In this document: piece by piece, positions 25,303 to 40,077 of the stretch
Layout: the number at the start of each line of letters is the position of its first letter
Position numbering within the stretch: the first letter of the stretch is position 1
Origin: Rozella allomycis CSF55
Lineage: Eukaryota
Assembly: GCA_000442015.1 (NCBI GenBank)
Contig: KE560959.1
Location: 124,001-188,000, forward strand
DNA length: 64,000 nt
Direction: 5' to 3'
Position numbers and translations under genes: made by a program
Notes under the pieces: model-generated
Told to the model about the DNA's origin: nothing
The model's input: the letters and a program-made list of their open reading frames with translations, nothing else
Database searches by the model: none

Positions 25303-25706
25303 TTATTCAGCATCTACAGTTTCAGTTTGCAAACCTAATAACAAAAAAAACCAAAACGCTACCTTTAAAGCTAGCAACGGGAACCCAAGAGACATAAGTG
25401 TAGAACTGATCTTTCGAGTCTTCTTCTTCTGATCTCATTCTAGCCATGCGAACGCGGATACGAAGAGGAACGTTTTTGATACCGCGGGACCAGAGAGCGG
25501 TATTTAAGCTAGGATCAATGCGAACTTGTTTAGTTTTCATTTCCTTTTGAGCGAAAGCCTTTACAACCTTGATAGCACCTGGCGCACGTTTTTTGAATGA
25601 TCTGATTAAAGAGAAAAATGTGGGAATACTTGCCATGCAAATATTTGTGCATGTGGATTGTGTATTCGCGAGTAACTGGTTCAAGAGGCTTTTTTTCAAT
25701 GGCCAT
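25303..25706 (-). CDS. RPL31: 60S ribosomal protein eL31
   Basis: VTREYTIHMHK..SFKKRAPGAIK..VRIDPSLN..WSRGIKNVP.RIRVR; two introns. Confidence 0.95.
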
Positions 25707-25991
25707 TTTCGCAAGGGTCAGAATTTTCTTTCGGAAATTTCAAAATGGAAGTGAAAAATGGGAGTGAGAAAAGGAATTAAAGGAAAGAGCGTGAGAATGT
25801 AAGAAGATGTAAGATATGAATAAATTAAGTAGAAATATTTGAAACATCGGATAAAAAACTTACGTGAAAATTACAAGTCTCGCAGTGCTCGTTAAATCGG
25901 ACGGGGAGTTAATTATGGAATATAAACAAATTTCTTCACAATACAACTATTTTTTATGCTTTTATGTTAAATCGGATAATATTTTTAGTTC

Positions 25992-28900
25992 TCACAAACT
26001 TCTACNGGAAGCAAGAACGATAGCATCTTCAGAGTCATTAGAATCATCATCTGAGAGTGTGTAATTGACTTTTTTCTTGTTTCTTTTAGCTTTTGGTGAA
26101 AAGAAGAGAGAGGAAGCATTTCCAGAGTCTTTAAGAGCAGATGGTTTCTTTGGAGTGTCTGAAGGTTTTGATTTCTTTGGAGGAGAGCTATCAATTGAAT
26201 CTTCAGAGTCGGATATTCTGACTTGTTTTCTGCTAGAGAAGAATGAACTCTTTGCAGTAGCTGAAGCGCTTTTAGTACTAGTAGCAGTTGACGCACTTTT
26301 AGCAGTAGTAGCACTCTTAGCAGTAGAAGCACTCTTAGTAGTAGTCTTCTTTGCAGTACTCTTAGTGCTCTTCGTAGCTGTAGTACCAGTGTCTCCTTTT
26401 ATAGTGTCTCCTTTAATGGTGTCTTCTTTTATAGTGTCTTCTTTCATAGTATCACTCCTCTTCACATTACCCTTCTTCGCAGTACCCTTCTTCTTATCAG
26501 AAGTCTTTGGCTTTGAAATGGAAACTCTTTCAATCTTCTTTGCGAGTGAATTAACATTAGAAGAACCCAAAGCCAAATTTAATCTTTCTTCTAGACTGAG
26601 ATCTAAGCTGTAAGCGCTAGTTAGTTTATTATCAACAGGAGATGACCTAGACTCATCTTCATCATCAACGTCGTCATCGTCATCGTTAAGGTCGTCATCG
26701 TCAAGGACATCACTTTCCTCTTCTTCCTCTTTTTCATCTTCTTCATCTTCAACAATTTCTTGAACAACTTCTTCTTTAATGACTTGTTTCTTTTTTCTAG
26801 ATTTCTTTTCTTGAATGTTTAATTTAAAAGTGCTTGTAGTTTCAATTCCTTTATTGAGATTCTATCAGTAGAATAGATTTATTGTTACATTGTATTCTTG
26901 AACAAAATCATCTAAATCATCCAACCATAAATCCTTTGGTGTTTTTTCTAATAGAATTGACAATTCTTTTTCCTTGTTATTCTTTTCATTAATCAACTTT
27001 TCAACCTTTTCTTTTGTTAAATTCAACAATGGCATATTAAGCAAATAATCGAACCCTTTGATTAAAGTGATTTGAGTGAGAGTTACCTATGATTAATGTG
27101 GTTTAAAGCATTATTACCTAATGATTAATGTGGTTTAANTTTTCATCTTCTTCATCTTCAACAATTTCTTGAACAACTTCTTCTTTAATGACTTGTTTCT
27201 TTTTTCTAGATTTCTTTTCTTGAATGTTTAATTTAAAAGTGCTTGTAGTTTCAATTCCTTTATTGAGATTCTATCAGTAGAATAGATTTATTGTTACATT
27301 GTATTCTTGAACAAAATCATCTAAATCATCCAACCATAAATCCTTTGGTGTTTTTTCTAATAGAATTGACAATTCTTTTTCCTTGTTATTCTTTTCATTA
27401 ATCAACTTTTCAACCTTTTCTTTTGTTAAATTCAACAATGGCATATTAAGCAAATAATCGAACCCTTTGATTAATGTTTTGAGTGAGAGTTACCTAATGA
27501 TTAATGATTTAAAGCATTATTACCTATGATTACTAATACCTTCACTTATTACCTATGATTACTATAACCTTCACTGATTACCTTCCTTGTCATCCTTTTC
27601 ATAATCTTTGGATTGTAATTCCTTTTCAACATTAATCTTCAATTTATTCTTAATAACCAAAGTTTCATTAATCAATTCAAGAATAAATCTAGCCTTGTTT
27701 TCCAATCTAGACAGTTCTTTTAATAACTGATTAGAAAGATATTCTTTTCTCTTTTGATAAAAGATTAATCTTAGATTATAAAATTCTTTAATTATTTCTT
27801 CAACATTTAAATATTTCTTTAATCTTCCAAATGAATCAAAACAAACTAAATTCCCACAAGATAATGAAACACTCATTTTGAATTTCTTTTCTAATCCTTC
27901 CTTTTCAATTAAACTCAATTGTTCTCTTGTTAAATTGATCACAAATTTAATATTCTCATCCTTGTGGTATTCTTTAAATGAAAGAATTGTATTATTTTCA
28001 ATTAATGATTCTAAATATTCTTTATAATTTTGAGTCCAACATTTGATTGGCAATTCTGAGATTTCCAAACTAGTTTCATTAATCTTTTTAATGATTCCAT
28101 TTATTTTGTATTTATCTACATCTACTTGTTCTATAACCCCTTTAAACCCCTTGTACCATGGATGCATCTTTTCAATCTCTTTCCCATTAATCATTCTCTT
28201 TATATTCTCAACAAGATCAATTGGATTGTAATTAGGCACAAATGTACTCCATCCAGTCCCTATCCCTTCAGCTCCATTAATCAACGTCATGGGAATAATC
28301 GGTATATAATACTCGGGCTCTATATCCTGTCCATCTTCATTCAAATATTTCAACAAATTATCATCTTCTATTCTAAACAACTTTCTAGCCAATGGTGACA
28401 ACAATGTAAATATATATCTGGGGCTAGCATTATCCTTTCCTTTATGAATGTTAGATTATTGAATTACCTCCTTGAAATCTACTACCAAACTGTCCATTTG
28501 GCATCAACAAATTTATATTATTACTACCTTGATAGTAAAGAAATAAAGTGATTACCTTTAATGAGTTTCAAACAAAGTGATTACCTATTATGATATGCAT
28601 TTCAACTACTTTACCTTGATGAATTAAACTTCAACTACTTTACCTTGATGAATTAAACTCNATTAATAGTAAAGTAACAAAGTGATTACCTTGATGAATT
28701 AAACTTCAACTACTTTACCTTGATGAATTAAACTCTAATCACTTTACCTACAAAGTCTTGCGCCAAGTTGATAATCGTGCCACTAAGACTCACCTCCCCA
28801 TGATGATACGCTGTATGCTCACTCACATACCCAGACAACTGATTCACCTTCACTTCACTCTTCAAATTACGCTTGAAACACGCATAGATAATCTTTCTCT

Positions 28901-31900
28901 GTCCAGGCTTAAATCCATCAACCACACTCGGAATAGATCTAACATTATCTGCAACTGAAAATAATATCAATTCCTTGTTCACAAAATCTTCAACTTTAAT
29001 AGACTTTGTCTTGTGATCCATATACGTCCCTGGCTGGAACTTTCTCAACCACTCCTTTCTATCTTCAATCTTCTTCTTGCTAAACGCCATATCAACCATC
29101 TCTCTATCTCCTTCCTTTACTCCTGAAAATGGTATTCTATGTTCACTCATGGCCTTGAAATACTTGATAGCATCATCCTTTGTACTTGTTCCCAAACCCT
29201 ATTAAAGAGAGTGAAGGGTGAGATTACCTATTAAAGAGTTTAAAATTATTTTACCTATTATTTAATCTCATATCATGTTTTACCTAATATTTAATCTCTT
29301 AACTTACTTTACCTAGTATTTAATGTCTTAACTTACTTTACCTTGTAGTATTTGATTGTCCATCCTATAGTTAAGATTAACATGTCCACTTACCTTGCCC
29401 ATTGTTATTCTTACTCTTCCATTCTTCATACTCTGGAATTGTATAAAAACTTTCAACCTTGTTTCCTTTGGTACATTTCACTATCGGTGTAATAAATTCT
29501 TGTATAAACCCTGGTATCTTTAACAATGATGGCCAAAATTTATCAAACAAATTAATCAACAATCCCTTTATATGAGATCCATCATGATCCTAAATTGAAT
29601 TTAGTAATGCATGTTACCTATTGTTAATGCATTAGTTTAGGGTTACCTATTCTAAATGTACTATAATCATGCTTACCTATTGTTACTCTACTACAATTAT
29701 GCTTACCTATTGTTACTCNAACATTACCTATTATAGAGTTTAAACATGGCATTACCTATTATAGAGTTTAAAACTATTTTACCTAGTATTTAATGTCTTA
29801 ACATAATTTACCTTGTAGTATTTGATTGTCCATCCTATAGTTAAGATTAACATGTTCACTTACCTTGTCCATTGTTATTCTTACTCTTCCATTCTTCATA
29901 CTCTGGAATTGTATAAAAACTTTCAACCTTGTTTCCTTTGGTACATTTCACTATCGGTGTAATAAATTCTTGTATAAACCCTGGTATCTTTAACAATGAT
30001 GGCCAAAATTTATCAAACAAATTAATCAACAATCCCTTTATATGAGATCCATCATGATCCTAAATTGAAGTTAGTAATGCATGTTACCTAATTGTTAATC
30101 TACTACAATCATCGTTACCTATGGTTAATCTACTATAATCATGCTTACTTGATCAGTCATTATCATAACGTGCCCATATCGCAACTCACTCGCACTGGTA
30201 TAATTCTTGCCTTGCTGCAACCCTAAAATTCTTTTAATATTCTGAATTTCTTGATTCTCCAATATTTGCTTAGCAGATGCTTCTCTAACATTCAACAATT
30301 TCCCTCTCAATGGAAACACCCCAAAATAGTCTCTTCCAACTACAGACAACCCTTGCACTGCTAATGTCTTAGCTGAATCCCCTTCTGTCAATATCAATGT
30401 ACACTGCGATGAACTCTTCGTGCCAGCATAGTTCGCATCATCCAACTTTGGTATCCCACTAATCCTACTGGTCTTGTGCCCATCACTCTTCTTCAACATC
30501 TGATTCTGCTTCGCTTGCGCAACATTCAATATATTCTCAACAATCCCAGACTTCAACACCTTTCTCCACCTTCTTCAATCTTTACCTTTTTCATAAATTC
30601 TTCTCCAAGAATACATTTAGAACCAAACGACGATTGCTTCAATGTCATCGTCTCCTTTGTTTGCGAATCAAACGAGGGATTCTCTATCAAACAATTAATA
30701 AACAACGCCATCTGGTTCTTTATTTGAAATGGCTTCAGTGGGGCTGCCTTGTTCTTCTTCTTCGTCGCTTCAACCAACGCACCAACAATCTGATCAGCTA
30801 CATGCGCTACATGCGTTCCTCCCTTGCTAGTACAGATGGAATTCACGAACGATATCTAAACACTCCAACTCTGCATTCTTACTTGCTGGAATTGTCCCTC
30901 TGATATACAAAATCCAACCTCCCATCTGTCACTCTTTTCAAACAAAACAGTCGGCTTCACTCCATTCTCATCTTCCTTCACAAACTGATTCACATAGCTC
31001 TTAAAATCTTTAATCTTTATTCTCTCGCCATTCAAATAAACTTTCACATCCTTCACTACCCCAGCCATATCATACACTCGCTTCACAAACAACTTTTCTA
31101 CATCCTCATCAAACGTCTCCATTCCAAATCTCTTCAAATCTGGCTTAAACGTTATCTACTCATTCAAACTACCCATCTTTACCTTGGTAAAATCATCCTT
31201 GCTATAGTCTACAATCTTTGGCTGTCCAACTTCACTCATATTCTTCTTAAACACCTTTGCAGTCTCAGTTTCATTCTTACTTGTCTAAATTTCTTCTTTT
31301 TGCTAGAATCAGCAGTCTCAACAACAAACTCGGTAGAAAATATATTACACAACTTGGCGCCAAATCCATTTCTACCCCCAGTCACCTTTTTCTGCGAATC
31401 ATTATAATTAGAAGATGTCAACAAATGTCCAAATATCAACTCGGGCACATACACCTTTTCATCCGCATGAACCTCAATCGGTATCCCACGCCCATCATTC
31501 ATCACACTAATCACATTATTCTCTCTATCAATATCTACCCTTATCACCCCCATCCCAGGATCACGTTGCTACTACCACCCAAAAACAACTCTTACCTTGT
31601 TGTCAGCCGCATTCACCAGTATCTCATCAAAGATCTTATAAAATCCAGGCGTATACGTGATATTCTTATACACAAATTTTCCTTGCTCAACAATCCACAT
31701 CCCCTGGGTAATACTCTCCACTGACCCTATATACGTATCCGGACGCAGCAAAATATGCTCCAACTGTGTCTTTTTCTGATACACCTCCTCCACCGGTCGG
31801 TTGTCTCTTTTCTGCTGCAATGGCTTTTTCACACTCTTCTTCACAGGCTGTCTTATGCTTATCTTATTCTTACTGAAGCCGTAAACGATGACTCATAATC

Positions 31901-31906
31901 ACTCAT
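25992..31906 (-). CDS. TOP2: DNA topoisomerase II (assembly includes two duplicated exon blocks at N joins)
   Basis: YQKKTQLEHILLRPDTYIGS, GGRNGFGAK, TEGDSA, PLRGK, MTDQDHDGSH, YYKGLGTS, DGFKPGQRK, YHHGE, ASPRY, GIGTGWS. Confidence 0.97.
27140..27464. repeat. Direct duplicate of 26731-27055 (probable second haplotype at N join 27139)
   Basis: Apparently identical sequence at offset 409. Confidence 0.85.
27465..27581 (-). other. TOP2 intron made of 4 tandem unit introns (29+29+30+29 nt)
   Basis: Each unit GTAA...AG; removal joins DDKEG to FDYLLNMP. Confidence 0.9.
28528..28747 (-). other. TOP2 intron made of tandem unit introns (six complete 28-30 nt units plus two cut by the N at 28661)
   Basis: AG|GTAA junctions at unit spacing; removal joins QDFVG to SNNINLL. 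Confidence 0.88.
29199..29341 (-). other. TOP2 intron made of 5 tandem unit introns (29+29+29+27+29 nt)
   Basis: Removal joins IKYYK to GLGTS. Confidence 0.9.
29812..30059. repeat. Direct duplicate of 29342-29589 (probable second haplotype at N join 29719)
   Basis: Offset 470; two substitutions seen, one intronic and one synonymous. Confidence 0.85.
30060..30148 (-). other. TOP2 intron made of 3 tandem unit introns (30+31+28 nt)
   Basis: Removal joins MTDQ to DHDGSH. Confidence 0.9.
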
Positions 31907-32183
31907 TGTCGATTTGAGCGCCAAGTTTTTGCAAGGGTTTACAAACAGATTTTTAAAACCTGAATGGAATATCCTTCCAATAACACTCCTCTTCTTGAAT
32001 AAAATCATTCCAAAATATGCGACAAATGCAGTCACTTTGTACAGCCACTCAAAATTTAAATACACAAAATTGACTTTTCAAATATACGTAAATTAAAACA
32101 TTACTCGTTAATTTTTATTCTTATTTCTTATCTTATCCTTCAATCTTCATGTTAACAACCCCTGTCAAAACTTTTTTCCAAAT

Positions 32184-32772
32184 ATGCCACAAGACCAACA
32201 GCAAATTCCAGCAGATATCAAAGACGAAACTCTCGAAGAAGACAAGGAATTAGAAGCTATGAAATTACGCGTTAAAGAAATGGAAGAAGAAGCTGCCAAA
32301 CTTCGTGAAATGCAAGCTCAAGTGGAGCAGCAAATGAACATGTCTCTTGATTCTCGTAAATTTCATACCTTTAATTGTTCTAGTCGAGTCTAAAGAAGTA
32401 GTAGACAATCGCTCCATTTACGTCGGAAACGTACAGTTTATTCTGTGTTGAAATTAGGTTGACTATTCATCTACTCCAGAAGAATTACAAGCACATTTTC
32501 AAGCTTGCGGAACTATCAAAAGAGTCACCATCAATTGCGACAAGTTTACTGGGTCTCCAAAAGGATTTGCTTACGTGGAATTCGCTGACCCTGAACATGT
32601 TGCTAATGCTATGGCTCTAAATGAGTCACTTTTCAAAGGAAGACTTCTCAAAGTTTTGCCAAAGAGAACAAATATTCCAGGATTCAATAGAGGAAAATGG
32701 AGAGGTCGTGCAAGAGGCAGAGGTGGCTACAGAGGCCGTGGAAGAAGAGCAGCACATTTTGCCCCGTATTAA
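32184..32772 (+). CDS. PAB2: Nuclear poly(A)-binding protein PABPN1/Pab2
   Basis: [23 protein letters not shown] coiled coil, RRM ([18 protein letters not shown]), RG-rich tail ending FAPY. Confidence 0.93.
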
Positions 32773-32821
32773 AAAAATTGTAAAAATATTAAAAAAATTA
32801 GAATAAAGTGATAAATAAAAT

Positions 32822-34648
32822 TTAATCAGTCTTTGCCTTGAATAACTTGTCTCTAATCTTCTCCATCAAACTTTTCTTTTTCTTTACTCTCCACTCGCGC
32901 GTGTAAATGTTAAACAAGGAACCAAAAAATAAGGCCACTAATGTACTTGTAAACGTTATCACATTGAAAGGCATGCTAAAATCTGGTAATGGAAGAATGA
33001 GAACGAGAGTATTTGTAACATACTTGGAAAACCTTTGATTCCAAAGACTAATTACAGAAAAAAATATTTTTTACGGTTGATCAGAGTTCCAGAATAATGA
33101 TTCACCTATTTCATGCTCAAATAAAGCAATTCCTGGACTAGTGTATCATATATAACCAGATTACTTCAAATCAAATCCACGGTTAGGATCAGGCGGGTAT
33201 TCAGTGTATTTTAATGAAGCTTTTGTATATTCATATGAAATTTCCGTAACAGACTCTGGAGCCAAATCTAATTTCATCTGAATGGTTGCAGGTCTCTCTC
33301 TATCCTTGGCGGGCGTGTAAAAATACTCATCAATGTATGCTTGAAGACTTTATAAAGTAAATGTTACACTTTGTTTTTATAATGGAACCTTTAGTTAACG
33401 TGCTCACTTCTACTGTATGGAAATATATTCTTGCCAACCAAGGAACAATCTCCGTCCATAAAACCGTAATGTTTGTATCTGGATTTATATTTTTAATAAA
33501 GGTCTTTATCTTTCCCCTCTCTTGGCCATAGCCTGAAAATCTTCGAATAATTTTCAGTCCTTTGTTGTACGGACTTGATTCAAAATCTGTTCTTTCAAAT
33601 GAAAGTTCGGTTTCTGATTCAACATTTATTAAAGTAACATTTCTCTTTAAAGAATTCAATGATAGTTGCTTTGATTGGACACTGTTATTGATAGTGACGT
33701 TTCCGTCAATTACAATTCTTGAGTGCTCACTTATCGGACATTTCTGAATTGATTTGACACCAAAAAATGAAATATCAAATACTTAATATCAATCAACAAT
33801 CGTAATACCTTTTGACTTTGTGTAGTGATGTGAATGGACAACTGTCAATGTCTGAATTAGATGCAATTCTTTTTTTGCACAAATTGCGTCGGAACAAAGA
33901 ATCATTACATGAATTCCTAGAGAGTGGTAATTAGAATCAAAGACTTTTCTTCCTTCCAAAATTCCTGCAAACCCATTCTCTCATGATATGAATTGTTTAT
34001 TACCTTTGATTTGCACGGCAAAAGTTTTTTCCATGGCGTGAGATTTTCAGTGCAAACAATTTCTCTTGGTAATAAAGAGTATTTTAATTTCAGGTTATCG
34101 TGATCTCTTATTTCATGCCTTTTGTTTTACCTGGATAATACTTTCCTTTGGGCAATGGATGGTTTTCTGGTTTAAATAATATCAAATCTTCTGCAGTTAG
34201 ATCCTGCTTCATAAAGTTCAGGGATGCACACGATAATCCAGAGAGTGAATTTGTCAATTTTTTCCAATCTTCATCCCAGATATTAATACAGAAAGTATTT
34301 TTACGTTTGATTTGACCACACCCACAATTCTACCCCTGATGGAGAAAGTGGGGTTATCGGCTGTCCCCAGTTATCATGATTCCAACGACCTTGAGTAAAG
34401 CTTAAATGTAGCTGTGAGAAATTATATTGATTTGCCAAATGACCAATAGATCTAGGGAAGGGTCCAAAATGAGAATCAATTTATGAGAAAATATATTTAG
34501 TACTTGAAGGCCAATCAATTATTTGTGTGAATTGAAAATGAGAGACAAGAGAATTATCTTCATTCCAACGAAAGAAGACGTCTTCAGTATAACTATATGC
34601 CAAAGTGAGCTTTAAATGATACAAGAAGAAGATTAAAAGAGACATCAT
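32822..34648 (-). CDS. GPI16: GPI transamidase subunit Gpi16/PIG-T
   Basis: [60 protein letters not shown]; ends KAKTD*. Confidence 0.92.
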
Positions 34649-34755
34649 TGGTGGCTTCGTAGCGTCAGCGTAGAGAACAATTCACATTGAAAAGGGAACG
34701 GCCTAGAATAAAAATTAAATAGAACTAAGTTTATTTAATTATTCAAAAATCAGAA

Positions 34756-37092
<2,337 letters not shown>

Positions 37093-37159
37093 TCAGGGGC
37101 AGGCTGAGCCACAACGGTACAACAATTGATGAAAAGTCTCAATGATTAGTAAAAAATCT

Positions 37160-39995
37160 TTATTCATTATCTGTCAACAACAAGAAAGTCTTGCAATACA
37201 CAGCTTTTTTCCTTACAAGTCTCTTTGGGTGGTCCAAACAAGCGTTAAGTGTGTTCAATATTAAAGTCTTGTGTGGATATACTAATTTATAGTCGCATTT
37301 GAGCAAATGTAGTAAACAATCGAGTGTAGTCAATTTGAATTTCATTTCGACAGGTGCATTCAACGTGGAAAGAATTGATTCCATTATCAATGAGTAATTG
37401 TCATTGACGAACCTTTCCGATTTATCAATTATACTGTTCAAAACATTTAACGCTGATGAATTCAGTTGGATGTCTTTTCCTAAACAAGTCAAAACTAACC
37501 TTGTAACCTAAATTGCATCAAATGTAACGCCCCTACTTGATCAGTGAAGTCGGTAGTGATAGAATCATTTGATTTCAAAAAGAATATTGAAATTAATCCA
37601 AGTTTGATGCTCTTATTGTCTTCAGGGTTTTCCAACAACATAGCAATGGCTTTTGATAGAAAGCGTTGTTTCGCCAACAATTTAATTTTGCAAAATGTAA
37701 GTTTGGTCAGGAAAAATGTATGAGATTCAAAGAGTTTCGAAATATATTCAATATCAGAAATATGAATGCTGCCGACAATTGCTGAAAATATTTCTAAAGC
37801 TTTGTCGATTTCTCCTCTTAAAAATAATCCCTTACATATCATCATTTGAAAATTAATTGGCAATTGCAGATTTAAAATGTTCTCGACGATGTTGTAATCT
37901 GCGTCAAGTTTATTGACCAATGAGGCGACTGCATATTCACCTATGGGTGATGTTTTGAATATATTGAAGGATTTTATAATCAAAGGATTTATTTCCTGGA
38001 CTGATTTTATTACATCATCTGTAGAACAACAAATAGCGCAGGTAACCAAGATAGAGTTGAACACGTCGTCATTTGATTGAAAGCTTTGTTCGAAAATGAT
38101 AGCGTCGTGATCAAAGTATAGAAATATAGAATTCTTTAAAAACTGAATTTGGCAATGAGAGTTTAATTTTCTTAATAAAGCGACTAAAAACACTTCCAAA
38201 GTTCTATAATCTTGTCTCAATTCATCTAAAACAGAATGAATCCAAGATTTCGCAAATTTTAATGCTATTTCTTGGTTAAACAGGTCGTGCGATAAAAGTT
38301 TAATGAGACTATCGTAATCAACCCTTTCAGCCTTTTCCATGTAAGAGTTTATGAATAAGAACAAATCATTAGAGGAATCTACAAGTTTTTCATAAATAGA
38401 AATAAAATTTTCATTCTTCAATTCAATATTTTCATTAACAAATGATTCAACAAAAGCTGGATTCTTTTCTTTAACTCTTTTAAGAATATTAACCATCTCA
38501 GTTTCATTTTCGGGATCTCTAATCAATAAAGTTTTTAGTTTATTTAAAATAAAGACAATCTAAATAAGATAAATCCATCATATAATACCTGATCATCATT
38601 CAACATGGGTACGAGCGAAGAAAACACTTGGAGAGTTGGTAACGCCCATTTCGGTTTTCCCGGAAATTCATTTTCATTTATTAACACGAAATGCAAAATT
38701 TCATCTATTTGAATTTTTGATTCATCGATTTGATCTGAAAATTGCACTAAAATAGAAACAGCTTCAATGAATATTTGCTTGTTTGAAGAAAGAACTTGAT
38801 CATTTCCTTTCTTGAACAAATATCTAATGAGATCAGCAAAAAATGTGTTTGCCAAGACTTTGGCAGACTTACAAATTTCCTTTAACAATTTCAATGATGT
38901 CACGGCATCTTTTGATTCTGGTCTGTCAAAGCTTTGGTTAATCCTCAATTCAAAATTTAGTGTTAACACTGATAGTGGGTCGTATTCCAAAGTTCCAGGA
39001 GATTGTATCACGAGGTGTATTAATTTTAGAAAACATTCCATAGAATATGCCTCTACATGTTCATCTACATTTTGATAAATCTATTATGAAAAATGATAAG
39101 AAGCTACGTGTGTAAGAATGATATTAATAAGACCATCTAAGTGATTCGATAAAACAGTTAAAGGGAAAGTTTGGGTTTGAAACAAGGAAGAAAGTAAATC
39201 CAAAACATCCACCTATAAACGCTGTTAAAAATTATTACTTTAACGTTTGAACTATCTGCTTCAATCTTATCCAGCAATTGGGGAATCAGATAAGACAAAA
39301 ACAACTTGTGATTAATAAGACATTCCTTTAAGGATGACTTGAGTAACTTGGCATTTACATCATCTATGCTTGTTTTAAATGTTATAGGAAAATAGCAATA
39401 AACTACATCAAAAAAGTTCTAATTTGGGCAAACTCATTTCATTACTTCAACTTGCTCTTCTTCCAAAGGAAGATTGCTACTGATTTGTTTATGAGTATTG
39501 AAACAAACATTTAGAATTTCTGGATCCTTTTCACCATCCATAGCCACGACAAAGGAATCAATAAACTCTTGAGCGTCATTTGACTGAACCAATACTTGAG
39601 AATATTCAGTAGCAATACACTCAAATATTTGAATGACTAGGAGTCTTGTTTGCTTTTCAAAGGAATTTGCGTTAAAGTCTTCTAGAAATCTATATAACTA
39701 TTGATAACTTCAATTACTTTGGATGAATTTTAAGAATATCTTGGCTATTTAAAATGTTATTCTTGAGTAAATAATATATTCCAGCTAGTAGAGGTTGAGC
39801 ACAATAAGTGTCATCTAGTCTTTCCAGCATAAATAAAAAGACGTGGTGTAAATCTTGTTTTAAATTTTCGCTGGGATCTATTTCGTAGAGTATTTTAATT
39901 TTTTCATTTAAATTTTTTATAGCATCAATTCTTTCATTTTGGTTTCCACTTGTTAGATTATTTTGCAAAGATTCTACGAAATCCAAAATGCTCAT
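37160..39995 (-). CDS. MET18: Mms19/Met18 HEAT-repeat Fe-S assembly protein
   Basis: MDGEKDPEIL, DVVYCYFPITF, C-terminal LDHPKRLVRKKAV. Confidence 0.85.
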
Positions 39996-40077
39996 TAGGA
40001 ACGCCACAACGAAAAAAGGGTTAACCAAACATAAAAAGTTTTAAGGGTGTAAATGATTTGTAAAACGATTAATTTAT

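Noticed and set aside
26731-30059. Duplicated TOP2 exon blocks as real tandem or mutually exclusive exons
   Set aside because: Each duplication abuts a single-N contig join and the copies are essentially identical in coding sequence, so haplotype overlap is simpler
27056-30148. TOP2 ~29-nt periodic repeats as a CRISPR array or telomeric repeat
   Set aside because: No constant repeat with unique spacers and no cas genes; the units coincide exactly with spliceosomal intron boundaries in a eukaryotic gene
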